NCBI RefSeq assembly: GCF_009914755.1
Contig: NC_060931.1
Reading direction: 5' to 3' (one strand)
Length of the DNA: 64,000 nucleotides
DNA from: the human T2T-CHM13v2.0 reference genome, Homo sapiens
How positions within the stretch are numbered: position 1 is the stretch's first letter; each line of letters opens with the position of its first letter. The notes beneath the pieces were generated by a model. The model worked only from the letters and a program-made list of their open reading frames with translations. It was not told where the DNA came from and did no database searches. A program made the translations under genes and the position numbers. Positions 42,946-56,000 of this stretch are shown here, piece by piece.

Positions 42946-45199
42946 GATAACACATCATGGAAGAAAACATGGGCTGCTAAATTCAGTTAGAATACATGCC
43001 AAATAGGGCATGTTGATCCAACAGCTTCTCTGCATATTTGGGATGAGTAGCTGTTGATAGGGCATTTCAGACCTCAGTCTTACAGCATTTATCATATGTA
43101 TCTCCAGCTTGCACCTCTCTCCTTGGCAATGGCCTTCACTGCACCTTTGACATTTTCCAACTGCGCCTTTGACATTTTCCTCTAGATGGACTGCTGCTTT
43201 TCCTTAATTTTCAAATTGTTCAAACACAAACTCATCCTTATACCAGTTCTTCTCCTGACACACCCATTTCAGTGAGGGCCACCACTGTCCTCTGGGCCCC
43301 CAGATTGAGGCTTCATGCCCTTCACTGACTTGGCCCTTTTCTTTGGTAGTCTTGAACATATCATTGCCACATCTTCTGGACTCTGCCTTAGCAGTGTCCT
43401 TGTCCTGTCTCCTTCTAACCCGATTCCCCCTATTAACTGAGAATTAAGGGGAGCAGAATTATTTATTGAGTCTTTAGTGAGACTCCTCTCTTGCTCTACT
43501 ATGTCAACCTTCATAACAAACTTAGCAAAGGGCTACAATTACCCTTTTTTATAGCTAAGGAAAATAAGGCTTAGAGGTTAAGGGACTTGACCAGTGGGAC
43601 AAAACCAGTAAATGGAGGAGTTGGGTTTGGTCCCAGTTTTGTCTGGTCGCTGAGCTCATACTCTGTCCATTCTAGCTACCAAGAATTGCTCCCTTGCATA
43701 GCTCTGAACATCCCATTTCCCTTTTCAAGAACCTTCACTGGTGCCCTGTCTCAAGGCCCCTAGGCCCCTCAGCCACATCCTTGTAGGTGTACTCCATATT
43801 CAAGACAGATCCACTGTGGTTTGTGTTGAGTGCCTCTCTGGCATGTTCTTCCCTGGAACATCTGCAATCCTCTAGTACAGTGGTTCCAGACACACACGTG
43901 CACACATTCACCTAGACATGCTGCATTCACTTCCTGCCTGTGAAAACAGTACTCTCCAAGGCCCATCTCAGTCATCATCTCCTGATCTGCAAAACCAAAA
44001 GCAGAATGCAAAATTAATTAATTCCTTAGTGCTTTGTTAATCTTTTTCTTATGGTTTTAAGAAAACGTATCTTCTATTGTGATTATTTTTGTGTTTTTCA
44101 TAAACTCCCTCTCCTGGATTGTAAGCTCCATGACAGCAAGAACTGAATCTTGCCTAGTTTTGACTTCTTTCATCGAATTAGCATAGAGTAGATGGTGACA
44201 CACAGTAGATGGCAAATTAATTTTGCATGAACTGACTAAAGAGACACTCACTCATTGCTGCCATAAACTTCCTAGAATCAGCATGAGATCTTAACCAGCC
44301 TGGTGAGTGTTCCTGGAGGACCACCCTAGGAAGATTTTTTAGGTATACGGATGAAGTCCCCTTCTCTCAGTATCACATTAATTTTAAACTCTGTTGCTAA
44401 AAGACAACTGTCATAATATTTTAGAAATCAAAAATGGAGGTGAATGAATCCATCGCCAAGAGTCTTATAACCCTAAGGAAAAACTGATTTTTCATTTTTA
44501 CATTCTCTTGCATTCTTTGTGCAGAGAGGAACATAATTTGTAAATAGTTTTAATCAGAGCATAGACATATTTTAAAATTCTGCTTCCTTCACTTAAAACT
44601 ATACCACAGACATGTTTTCATGTCGCTACATAGTTTTCAAAACTATGATTATGCATAAGATTCCATTGAGTTTCTATGCCATAATTTCTTAACCAACCCC
44701 TATTGTTTGACATTTAACTTTGCTGTGGATTTTTAAAAAATGATTCTAAAAAACACATGACCAACTTTTGGCAAGAGAAATGTATACTCTGACGACATTA
44801 ATCTCCTTTCCCTTAGGCTGGTTGAAAAATCTTCCTTTAGGGTTGAGCTTAGGCACAATTGTGACAGAGACTGAGTTTGTTTTGGATACGCTCACACTTT
44901 ATTCCTTCTATCTCTGCCCTTCCTCCTCTCAACACATTGTATTTCCCCACGGTGCCTGTCACAGGGACTTGGGGTCTGCCCTCCTTCTCCAGAGACTGAC
45001 CTGCCTCCCATGAACTCTGCCCTCCTCCTCACCCCTCCTAGCCAGACTTCGCTCTCCTCTTGCATTTCCAAAGCCTCAATCTTAGTAAGATACTAGGCAC
45101 TCAATCTATTTCTTTCCTGGGTTTATAATATTATACAAAAGGACTTCCGGAGATGGCTATGTGATAACCCAGCCAAGTGCATCACTAAAGGTGGATCTT

Positions 45200-46080
45200 T
45201 GCTCTTTAGTTAGGACTCTTCCAGGTTCTAAGGATATGGCAGTGAACCAAACAAACAAAATCTCCACATAGATAGGTAAATAACACCTAATATAGTAGTA
45301 AGTGCTAAAAAGAAAGATAAAGCCAGGGAAGTGGATCAAGTGTTCTCTTTCATGTTTCAGTTGGAATAGTCCAGGAAGGTGGACTTTCAGATAAGGTGAC
45401 ATATGAGAGGAGAGCCACCAGGGAAGGGAGGAATTCCTATGGAGATGTGGAGAAGGAGCTTTCTAGGTAAGGGGCTGCTTGGTACAAGGGCCCTGCTGTT
45501 TTGGATGGTGTGCTTGAGGAACTGCAAGGAAGCAGATGTAGAGACAAGGAGGGAAGCAGCGGGAGCTGCTGGGTGGCTGATCATCCAGGGGCTTTAAACC
45601 ATGCCATGATCTCTGGATATTAATCTCAGCCAGGTAGGAAGCTATTGGATAGTTTTGGGTAGAGCATCTATCACTTATAAAGCCCTCCATTGTGGTTGGA
45701 GGATCGACTGTGTAGGAGCAAGGGTGGCAGCTGGAAGACCCATGAGGAGGCAAGAGACAATGGTGGGCTGGACTGGGTAGGTTCTGGGAAAGGTGGTGAG
45801 AAAGAGTTGGATTTTGGCTTATTTTGAAGGTAAACCTAGCAGGACTTGCTGAGGGATTGGCTGTGAAGATAAGTAAGAAGTCAGGGAAGATATTAAGGTA
45901 TTTGACCTGAGACAAGGATGAAGTTGTCATCGACTGAGATGGGGAAGACGGCAGGTAGAACAGGGTCAGTGTGGGAGACCAGGAGTTCAGTTTTGGGCAT
46001 GTTGTATGTGAAGAGATGCTGAGTCAATGTGAGATGCTGAGAGAGGAATTCAGGGAAGGGGTCTCAGCTGCAGATAGAGT
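45200..46080. mobile_element. L2 fragment
   Basis: tattttgaaggtaaacc.agcaggacttgctga..gactgagatggggaagac..caggagttcagttttgggcatgtt typical of L2. Confidence 0.7.
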
Positions 46081-46357
46081 TAGAATCAGGATCATAGTCT
46101 TGGGCATCAAATAGGCCAGCCTCATCTCACAGCACACAGCCCTTTCCAGAGTGAGCCCCAGCCACGCTGGGATATCAGGTCCTCACAGGGACCACAGCTT
46201 CCTCAGCCTCAGGGCCTTGGCATATGCTGCCCCTTCTGCCTAGACCATCCAAGCTTCCCCGGGTTTCCCAATCTCAATATGTCCTGAACTTTTCCTCCAA
46301 GGCACTTAAATCAATTTTATATTCGTTGTGTGATGTTTAGTTTAATTTAAAAAAAAG

Positions 46358-46648
46358 TTTTTTTTTGAGATGGAATCTCACTCTGCCACCCAGGCTAGGG
46401 TACAATGGCACAACCTTGGCTCATTGCAACCTCCCCCTCCCTGGTTCAAGCGATTCTTCCTGCCTCAGCCTCCTGAGTAGCTGGGATTACAGACACTTGC
46501 TACCATGACCAGCTAATTTTTGTATTTTTGTAGAGATGGGGTTTCACCATGTTGGCCAGGCTGGTCTCGAACTCCTGACCTCTGGTGATCTGCCTGCCTA
46601 GGCCTCCCAAAGTGCTGGGATAATCGGTGCCAGCCACTGTGCCCGTCC
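46358..46648 (-). mobile_element. AluSx-like
   Basis: Antisense dimeric Alu (tttcaccatgttggccaggctggtctcgaactcctgacctc). Confidence 0.92.
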
Positions 46649-48046
46649 TAAAATAATTAAAATCCACATTCCCACCAGAATCTAAAATCTGAAATGTCAG
46701 GGATAAAGCATATTTTGTTCATCACCATTTTCTCAGCATCTGGCACATGGCAGACACTTCTTCAATATTTGCTGAAAGAACCAATGACTGTTATTAATGT
46801 AATACTTTACACTTGATGCGTCGCACCTCCTTTCCTGGTAAGAGGAAGCATCCTTACTGTTTTTCTTATCTTCTTAATTTAGTGGCTCCACATGCCTTGG
46901 GAACAAACGCTTTTTTGATAGGTAATATTTGAGGAGGGACTGGGCTGTGATTGGGGGTGGAATTATTGCTTGACTGAAACTCTGAAAAGAAAAGGCATTT
47001 AAGGCTTATATAAACTTCCTAATGAAAATCCCCCATCTCCTGTTTCCTGGTCAGCTACTTTGTTGCATTTCTGTGGACACCTTTATCTAACATCGCCTGA
47101 GGTTATTTTATAGTGACCTTTGACAAGGCCTATTACTTTCTAGTTGTGAAGTTTATCAAGGTGCTGGGGGCACAGGGAAGGGTTAGAGGCGTTGTGTCGG
47201 GATCTGAGCTGGCTGGCACCTCCTTCGCTGCCTCCAGCCTCATCCTGGGACATGACAGGAAATGATAATGAAAGAAAGAGATCTGATTTACCAGGAAAGG
47301 ATTGTTAGCTCACAAAAGAGCTCTTGGTCTCTGTCTTTGTCAGCATAGGGCTGTATGTAAAACAGGATTACATGAGGGAATTATATCTCTACTGTCTTTA
47401 AAAAAGCTGGAGTAAGCTTTCAGAGGTGCCTGTGTTGTTTGGAAACACACACCCTGGCTCCATGGATACATATTTGTGTATTACACATTACACATGTATG
47501 TACAGACATTATTGATCGATCGATGTGTGAATATGTTTGTTGGGGAATTCATGAAAGAGGCCCCATCTTTATAGTTAACATTGCTGTGGGAGGCATCCAC
47601 TCCACGAATGTGTATCAAGCTGAGCATTTACAGTGCTAAGCGTGGAGCCAGGCACTGGGGAAATGGTGGCCAAGAAGAGAGAGGAAGTCCTTGCTTTCAA
47701 GGAACTTTTGAAACCTGATGAGTCTCAATCTCTTCTTCTGTAAGATGGGCATAATAATAAGGCCTACTTCACAGCCTCTTCAAGAGGAGTCGATGGCCAT
47801 GAATGTGAAAACACCACTTGGATTTTAAAATGCTATGCAAATTATGAGCGGCCGTTATGATTGATGTAGCAAAATATAGCTATTTGGGAATAAATACTGG
47901 CTAATTTTTTGTAGTTCTGAATATTCTTTATCCCTATGCAATCTAAGGTTTTACCCTTATAATTTAGGGGCTCAGTTTTCTTTTGCTAGCATCCTAACAA
48001 CAACAACAACAAAAATGTCAAGTATGTAACTTAGTTTGGAAACAAT

Positions 48047-48623
48047 TGGATCAGTTAGCTATTGCTGTATGACACATTAGCATCATCCCCCTAACAACAT
48101 ACATTTATTGTCTTAGAGTTTCTGTGGGTCAGGAATCTGGATGTGGTTTCTTTGTGTCTCTGCTCTGGATCTGTCACAAGGCAGTGATCAAGATACCTGC
48201 CAGGGCTGTAGTCACCTCAAACCTCAGTGGGGGAAGATCTCCCTCCAGACTCACCTGGTATTGCAGGCCTTAGGTGATCCACACCAAGCTCACTTGTATG
48301 GCTGTTGGCTGGCTTCCGATTCTTGCTGGCTGTTGGCCTGAGACATTAGTTCCTTACTACTGGGGGCTTTCCATAGGGGAGCTTACAGTATGACAGCTGG
48401 CTTCCCCAGGAGCAAGCAAGGGCTCCAAGGAGGAGAAAGCGAGAGATGGGAGTCTCAGACTTTCTTTGGGTTCAAATCACTGAAGTGACATCCCATGTCA
48501 TTTGCCATATTCTATTCATTAGAAGCACATCATTGGGTTTAGCCAGTACCTATGGCAAGAAGAAGATATAAGTTTGTACCAGAGGACGGGTCACTGGAAA
48601 CATCTCAAAGACTGCCTGCCACA
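48047..48623 (-). mobile_element. Old MLT1 (F/G-type) LTR
   Basis: gtttctgtgggtcaggaatctgg..gccatattctattcattagaagc..ctgcctgccaca; flanks acaat / gcaat. Confidence 0.75.
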
Positions 48624-50825
48624 GCAATACATGTAAACAGGACTATGAGTTAATGCTGTATCTATGGCATTCATAATGTCACACTATTTGAAACGAAAGA
48701 AATAAAAGAAGTAAGCACCATTGTTCCCCCAAGACAGTTAAGATAGACAAGGAAAATTGGCGTTAAAGCCTCCTAGATTTTGAGTTGCAATCAGTAAACA
48801 ACCCTGATTTTTTCTTTTGCTTGTGGCACTGGCTCATGCTTGGACATTTACACTCTTTATTTAGCAAGAAAGCATTTGAAAGGTACCTTTCAAATATTGG
48901 AGGTAAACAAAGGTCAGTCTTTCCTAAGCAAGAGTAGCAAAATTAAAAATATGTTAATTTTAACTTGCCGGTTCACAGATTGATGTATCCTCCATTCACT
49001 TGATTACTTTTTTTGACCCACACCTGAAAACAAAGCTCTTCCAGTCACTTGAAGATGAAGAAAAAGAAAATTTTAGGTACAGAGGCGTTCTGGTGGTATG
49101 AGAATGAGCTGTGCCATGGTTTAGAAAAAGGAAAAAGTCCAGTGTGGGCAGAATGTGGTGGACAAGGGGCAAGTGTGACCAGATGAACTCTGGGTTGGGG
49201 GCCTGGGTCACTGGAGGTATGGTGAGCAGATAGCTGTTTAGATTTACATCTAAATGCAATGGGGAACATTTGCAGGATTTGAGGTGACTGCAAACAGCTA
49301 TGCCTTTTTTTTTTTTTTTTTGCTTTTTTTTGGTTGTTGATTCTGATCGAATTAGCTATATTGCAGTGAGCTCTTGCTGAAAGAGATTCTGATGTCTGTT
49401 AACCAAAAGCCGTGTTTGGGCAAAGATAAAAACATGCACTGAAACTTTGTAATAGGATGTTATAATTATGCAATGTGTTTTATACGGAGTTGGAGCGTTG
49501 TGTGTTTTGCCCAGCCAATGGCAAGGACAATGTGGTAGATGCATCTGGAACAAGGTCCTTGGATCATAGGGATTCCTAGTATTAGTTTCATGTGACAGAA
49601 CTTACAAGAAATTCATTCAGAAAAACACCCAGTGTAGGAGTCATTTGGCATAATCTGTGCATATTTTCTCAAACAAGCAGCAATCATTTTTCGGTTGTGT
49701 CATCTATGGCTGTCGCTCGTACGCAGTTTTGTGGCTCTTTTGCAAGCCGGCAGGCACACAGTGGTCATCTGGGATTTTCAAATGAGAGTGCACCATTTAA
49801 AATTAGTGGTCTTGGTAACTTCTCTTTCCTCCAAATTTCCCTTGAAGCTGACCTTGTGAGAAGAACACTCTCCATCTATTTTTCCTGAAAGAGTAACTGG
49901 GAAAGGAAAAGTTCTTAAGTCTTAACACTGGAATTCAACCAATTCTAATCCTAAAATCTTTCTAGTGTGTTCCTGTCCGAGTCAGAAAGGAATAAAGGAA
50001 TTTTAGATGGCTTGAACAAAAATCGTGAAAAAATGATAGCTATATCTCAAGTTCAGGGATTCCCTCAACTTTCTTCTTTTTAAAATTTAAAGATAAATTT
50101 ACTGTTTTCTGATTCAAAAATACTCATTGTAGAAAATAAAAAAGAAGAAGAAAATTCTAACCAAAGATGATCACATATGGTGATTTTGATACATATCCTT
50201 CATATAATCTATGTCTTCATCCATATCATCTAGCTATATTTCATAGAGTATTTACAGTTTTGTGTTTGAATTTTTTCTACTTATCATTATTTTGTGAACA
50301 TTTCCCCAAGGTCATGATTTATTTTTTTGAAAATGTGATTTTAATAGCCTTAGAATTTTCTGTTTGTTATAATGTACTTAAGCCATTTTGCTTAATATTG
50401 GTTGCATCATCTATTTTGATTTTTTTCCTGGTAATAAATAATATTGTGATAAGCCATCTTGCACATAACCCTTTATCTGCATCTCTTATTTTTCCAAAGG
50501 AATTATTCCAACGAGTAGGTGTTGATACATTTTGCTAAACTGCTTTCACAACAGCTTGTACTGATTGCCCCACGAATATCCAGGCTATGCAATAGTGCCT
50601 ATCACACCTGATTTTCAGCCAAGAGTATTGGGTATTGTAGTCAAAAAGAAATAGTTGCCAGTTGATTAGGTCAAAAATTGTTTTAATTTGCTTTTATTTG
50701 ATTAAAAGGGGTATTGAACATTATTTCCATTTATTTGCTGGCAATTTATGAATTGTTCATCTTTGTTTCTGCTTTTTGGCCATTTTTCTCTCAGAGTATT
50801 AATATTTTGCCTATCAAAATTTACA

Positions 50826-50957
50826 ATTTAAAAATGCTTTTTAAGATAGGGTCTGTCTATGTTGCTCAGTCTAGATTTAAACTCCTGGGCTCAAGGGATC
50901 CTCCCACGTCAGCCTCTTGAGTAGCTGGGATTACAGGCATGTGCCGCCACACCCGCC
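50826..50957 (-). mobile_element. FLAM_A-like Alu monomer inside an old L1ME fragment
   Basis: Single Alu arm; TSD caaaatttaca (50815-50825 / 50958-50968). Confidence 0.85.
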
Positions 50958-52934
50958 CAAAATTTACATCTTTTTATTCTGGAAAGGAAATGCACCCTTT
51001 ATCTTTAAAATCTAGAAGCACAAGTATAGCCATATATTTTCAGTGTAAAAAGGGTTTAAAAATTTCTTTTGGTTCTTCATTACTTGTGGTTGATTTATGA
51101 GTCTGTGAATATGTGAACACAGTTTACGTTTAGAATCATGCCACTTCTGCTTGCTGTAGCTTCAGTTATAATCTTCCTCATATTTTTTCTGTTTTCCTCT
51201 TTCGTCTACTGTAATAAAATTTTTAAAAGATCCAGACTTCTACTTATCTCACTTTACTCAACTCCACTTTTAGATGGCAGCCTGCCAAGGAAACCACAGT
51301 CTGAAGAGAATCTCCTATGAGACCTCTAGAGGGTCAGTAGCATCAGTTGAGAGGAAGAGTTCAGGAGAGGAAAGGACGGCTTCTGGTTTATGCCATTTAA
51401 CTAATGACCTTCCTGATTCCGGCTCAGAGTGAGCAGAATTAGTTAACAAGGGCTTGGGGGCTCAGGAATTCCAGGTATCTGACATTCCACTTGCTGCTTC
51501 TGCCTGTGGCCAGAGGCAACTCCTCATCTCAGCTCCATCTCCACCACCTCATTTTACAATGGAGATAATAATACCTCAAAGGTATGCACTAATTAATTAT
51601 TCTTGGAAAATTCTCTGAAAATGTAATTACTAATTATCATAATGATTCGATTATTAATTTCATTCCTTTTATAGAATTTTAATCGAATGCCAAAATTCAA
51701 CACCCAGATCCAGTTATTTGTAAACTTTTTTTCTGCCTATTATCTTAGCAGCTTCTTTATAATGATTATTTTACCCCATGCTAGGTGAATTTCTTACAAT
51801 ATAGAAACAACAGTATTTTAAAACTATTTAGAAATTTTGGAGCTCCAAGAAGAGACAATACAGAAAAAAACAAGACAAAATGTTGTATCTCCATAGATTA
51901 TTGTAACTCAATAATTAAATAGCTAAATATTTGAGGCTGTTGATTTTTAAACCACATTAACTACTTTTTCCTTCAATGTGAGTCATATAGTCTGAGGTGG
52001 TTAGTTTACTGGTAAATAATTATATCTAAGACTATTACAGTTTACCTGGATATTCAGCAGGAAAGTCATATGAATACAAATAATTTACAAACGACCTGTG
52101 CTGAACCATGGCCCTGGCTTTTATTGTGCAATTCTAAGTTTGGAACTGGGTGTTAATTTATTAAGAATCTTTTCATCAATTCCACAGATTCATAGAATTA
52201 ATGTGACTGAGTTGACAATAGTTAAAACAATGTGTATTTGGCATTGATGATTTTTCTTGAATGGTGTTTAATGTTATTTAATTTAGCACGTGAATGTCTT
52301 ATTTTTCTAATTAGATCATACGCACCTTAAGAGTAGGGACTATGTGTTGTAATTCCTCTAAAAGCAGAGGGATTCAATGAACACTGGAATTATCACCTAG
52401 GCCACCTGGCTTTTTTTTTTTTTTTTTTTCTCCCTCACTCAACCTGTAACTAGCTGTGAGTTTTGGACACTTAAGTAACTGCATGCCACCTCAGTTTCCC
52501 AATCTATAAACAACGAAATGATACCTTCTGTAATTTACAAGGCTGTTCTGAAGCTCAAATGAAGGGAACTCCCTAGGAGGGGGGTGGATCGTTAAAAGCC
52601 TTGTGTGGGCTTGTGAAAATTCAGTGTCATTTGGCAAGGTTGTTTTATATCCAGATGTGTGATTGTCAGTGGGGATGTGCATTTTGACCTTTTCCCTTCC
52701 ATTTTTTTTTTTTTTTTTTTTGGTCTGGGAGATTTTGCATACTGATAAGAGCTGAGAGTTGATTTAGCAAAGTTATGATCAGACGTTTCCAGCTCTAGTG
52801 GCCTCTAGCTTCTGCTGGGCCGGCCTTAATATGAATGAGGGCCATATAACCAGCCTCTTAAATTTAAGTGTCAGCTGCATCATCTTCATCAGGAGAAACA
52901 TTTCAAACATTTATTTTCTTTGCAAAAGGCAAGT

Positions 52935-53007
52935 TTTAGTGGTGGAGTCAATTTATTTCTGAAACGATCTCATTTACCTGAATGAGGAGCTCATATTTAT
53001 TTTCAGG
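52935..53007 (+). other. CREB5: CREB5 alternative non-coding first exon (beta isoform)
   Basis: tttagtggtggagtcaatttatttctgaaacgatctc...ttttcagg followed by GTAAGT at 53008; matches the remembered beta 5' UTR and lies ~23 kb after the alpha exon, as I recall for this gene. Confidence 0.75.
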
Positions 53008-56000
53008 GTAAGTGGTGGGGTTGTATAATACTCGTGTGACAGATGAACCAAACACTCAGATGTAAATTACATTTGGCTGGAAGAAGATGCTCTGGTATGA
53101 AACCACATTTCTGCCATTGCTCACTTGTTCTTCTTGGCTGAGAGCTGGAAGATTGGTGACTCTTGGATTTACCTAGAAAATGAAAAAATATTCTTTACAG
53201 AAACCAGAAAGGGGTGAGTAATACCATATACATATATTTATATAAGAGGATTTGAGGAAGCGACCTGGGTGTAACATTTCTCTGTCCAGCAGACTGAAAG
53301 TGTCACAGAACATGTCAGAGTGGCTTGTGGCATGATGGTTTATTTTCAAAGACCTTTTGAAAACACCATCAAGCCTTTTTCTTTTGTTTTATTTTAAAGT
53401 GGCCTTTCACTGGCTTCATTAATGTGTCACAAAGTGAATTTTTTTTTTGTTTCTGTGAGCCATCAGTCTCATAAAAATTAAATGTGTGCATTCCTGCAAC
53501 CTGATATGCCCTCTCCAGTAAAAATCAATGCCTCTTGCCCTTGTGGCTCAAGCTGCAGAGGTCTTAGTAGCCTGTGTTGTGTACATTTGTGCATATGGCC
53601 TTTCCACTTATGTTTTCCAATGTTTCTTAAACATATCTGAGAACTCAGTCACAGCTACAATCTGTTGGTTTGTGTTTAGCCTGTGTGTGTTTGCCCGAAA
53701 ACAGCAGTGTTGTTCCCTCCCCCGACCATGTTTGCCCTATTAAGTGGGCACAGAACGGGGCCCTCTTACTACTTATCTGTGTATTATTCCTTTGGTTGGG
53801 TGGCAAGAAGATCTGAAGAGGATGGATTTTTGGAGGGGTAGAAAAGTTTAAAACCACTAAATTCCTTTTCAGGCTTGAATTATACTACCTTAACTATACC
53901 AAGTGCAAAGATTCTGACACTTATGATGGCAAATTATTTACCTGTAATTAGATGCAATTGTCATTTTTTCCTAAACAAGTACAATTTCCAAGGCATTTTT
54001 TTTTCTAGAAAATAATCAAATGTTGAATTTTAGCATTAGGTTTGAAATGAGAGTAAAGACTGAGATTCTCTTAAGTTTTGCTTGAACTAATCATTGCCTC
54101 TGATAAAGGGGACCAGCCCCACATTTCACACCATTTGATTGTGAGATTTAAGAAAGTGGGATAATGGGATGTGGGGGGAACAGGTTGCATTTACTCTGCT
54201 ACATAAAATTCTAAAGATGGAATTGTGTACTATGCTCTTGAGGTAACTGAAAGGTTGTATTAGAGGCAAATGATGAAAAGCCCCTGGCTCTACTTTCCCC
54301 AGGTTTCAAAGGAGAAGAAGCAGCTGAATGTCTTTGGTTTGGTGCAATTCAGTCATGATTTTGTCTCCACTTTGACTGCATCCCTTAGAGAACTCAGCTC
54401 ACACTCATAAGGTCCCACTCCCAACCGGCAGTGACAGAGATGAGCACCTGTTAAGGGCCATGGCTAAGGACTTCACACTACTGTTTGTGCATGTTGAGAA
54501 AATAGATAAGCCAATTAAGTTAATGCCTATTGTAGGCCAGGTACTAAGTCAAATCTTACATTGTCTTATTTAGTAGGTGTTATTATCTCTGTTCTGCTGA
54601 GGAAACTGAGGTTTAGAGAAGCTGAGGATTTTACTCAAGATCATGCAGTTATTAAGTTGCAGAGCCAGGATTCACTCTCTGTCATGGGAGCCTCCTTTCT
54701 TGGTACTCCGAATCACTCTAGAAACTTGCCAAGAGAGATCACCATTTCATTTTCTTCAGATGAAGCTATCTGTATGGCCCAAATCCCACTGAATCTTAGT
54801 TCCATAGATCTTCCTTCTATCATCTTCTACCAGTATTAGATGCTTGTTGGTTCAATCTGTTACCAAATATTTTAGTGAGTGCCTATAAAAACCTAAGTTT
54901 AGTGACATTAATTTCAAGAAGTACAATAAAAGCACAGCTAATTTTACCTAACAACAGGAAACTTAAGGTGTAGTTAGTACTATAATCTAAATAAATGGAT
55001 AGTCCTATAATCTAAATAAATGGAATTAGAACTACAGCTATTATTAGTAATCACATTGTTACCAACTCTATTTAAAGATATGATCCAGTTAACTATAAAC
55101 AATGCCATATTATCCTACTTCTTAAATGCAGTCACTTGAAGGATTAACATTTTCACTATTCTTTGTATGATGTATTTGGAATTATAGTTCTAAATCTGTT
55201 CTGGAACAGAAAAGACGATGGAGACATTTGCGAGATGAAAATCTGATGACTTTCGGGCTCAGGGTGAATTTACAAACACCAGTCATTTATCCCTACATGA
55301 CATTTTCCAGTTATCCAACCAGGCTTTTCTTCAGGAGCCATTTGTGGTCGGGATGCATCGTGATGCATCATTTATGTAGTGTCTTAAGTGTTTACTGGGC
55401 AGAGCATGTGAGAGACAAAGCACAAGAATCCTGCCCAAAGACCTTACTACCTAGGGTCACATTGATTGTTATGTAACAGACTTTCACCCAAGAGTAGATA
55501 TTGCTTAACTCATTCATTTCTCTAGAGCTAGAGTTTAGGGTTTCCTTTAACATGTAGATGACCTTAACATACTGATTTGTATTTTTACTTACAATAGATA
55601 TTCACACTGAAGAATATGTTGCATACTCCAAAAACGGGCAGGGTATGAGATGGGAATGAGAGTGTGGACTGAGTTGCTGTCAAAGGGGGGTGTCGGGGCC
55701 ACTGAGGATGGGCTAGAGATCACTGATCCCCAACTTGACCATATAGGGCCTCTCGGTTTTTCCTTACTTTTATATTTGAAAGATTTTTTTTCTACCTGAT
55801 AAGTATTGATTAATTCATTTTTCTTTTTAAATTAATGGCATTCATAATTGTCAATCAGAAATTGTGATAAACATGAGATGTCTGATGTTACCATACTGAA
55901 TCAAAATAATTGCAGCCAACAGTAAAGAAAGTTGCCATTTTACTTGACATGTGAAGCTTTCTTGTGTGTGAATAACTAAATGTTTACATACACGTTAACC

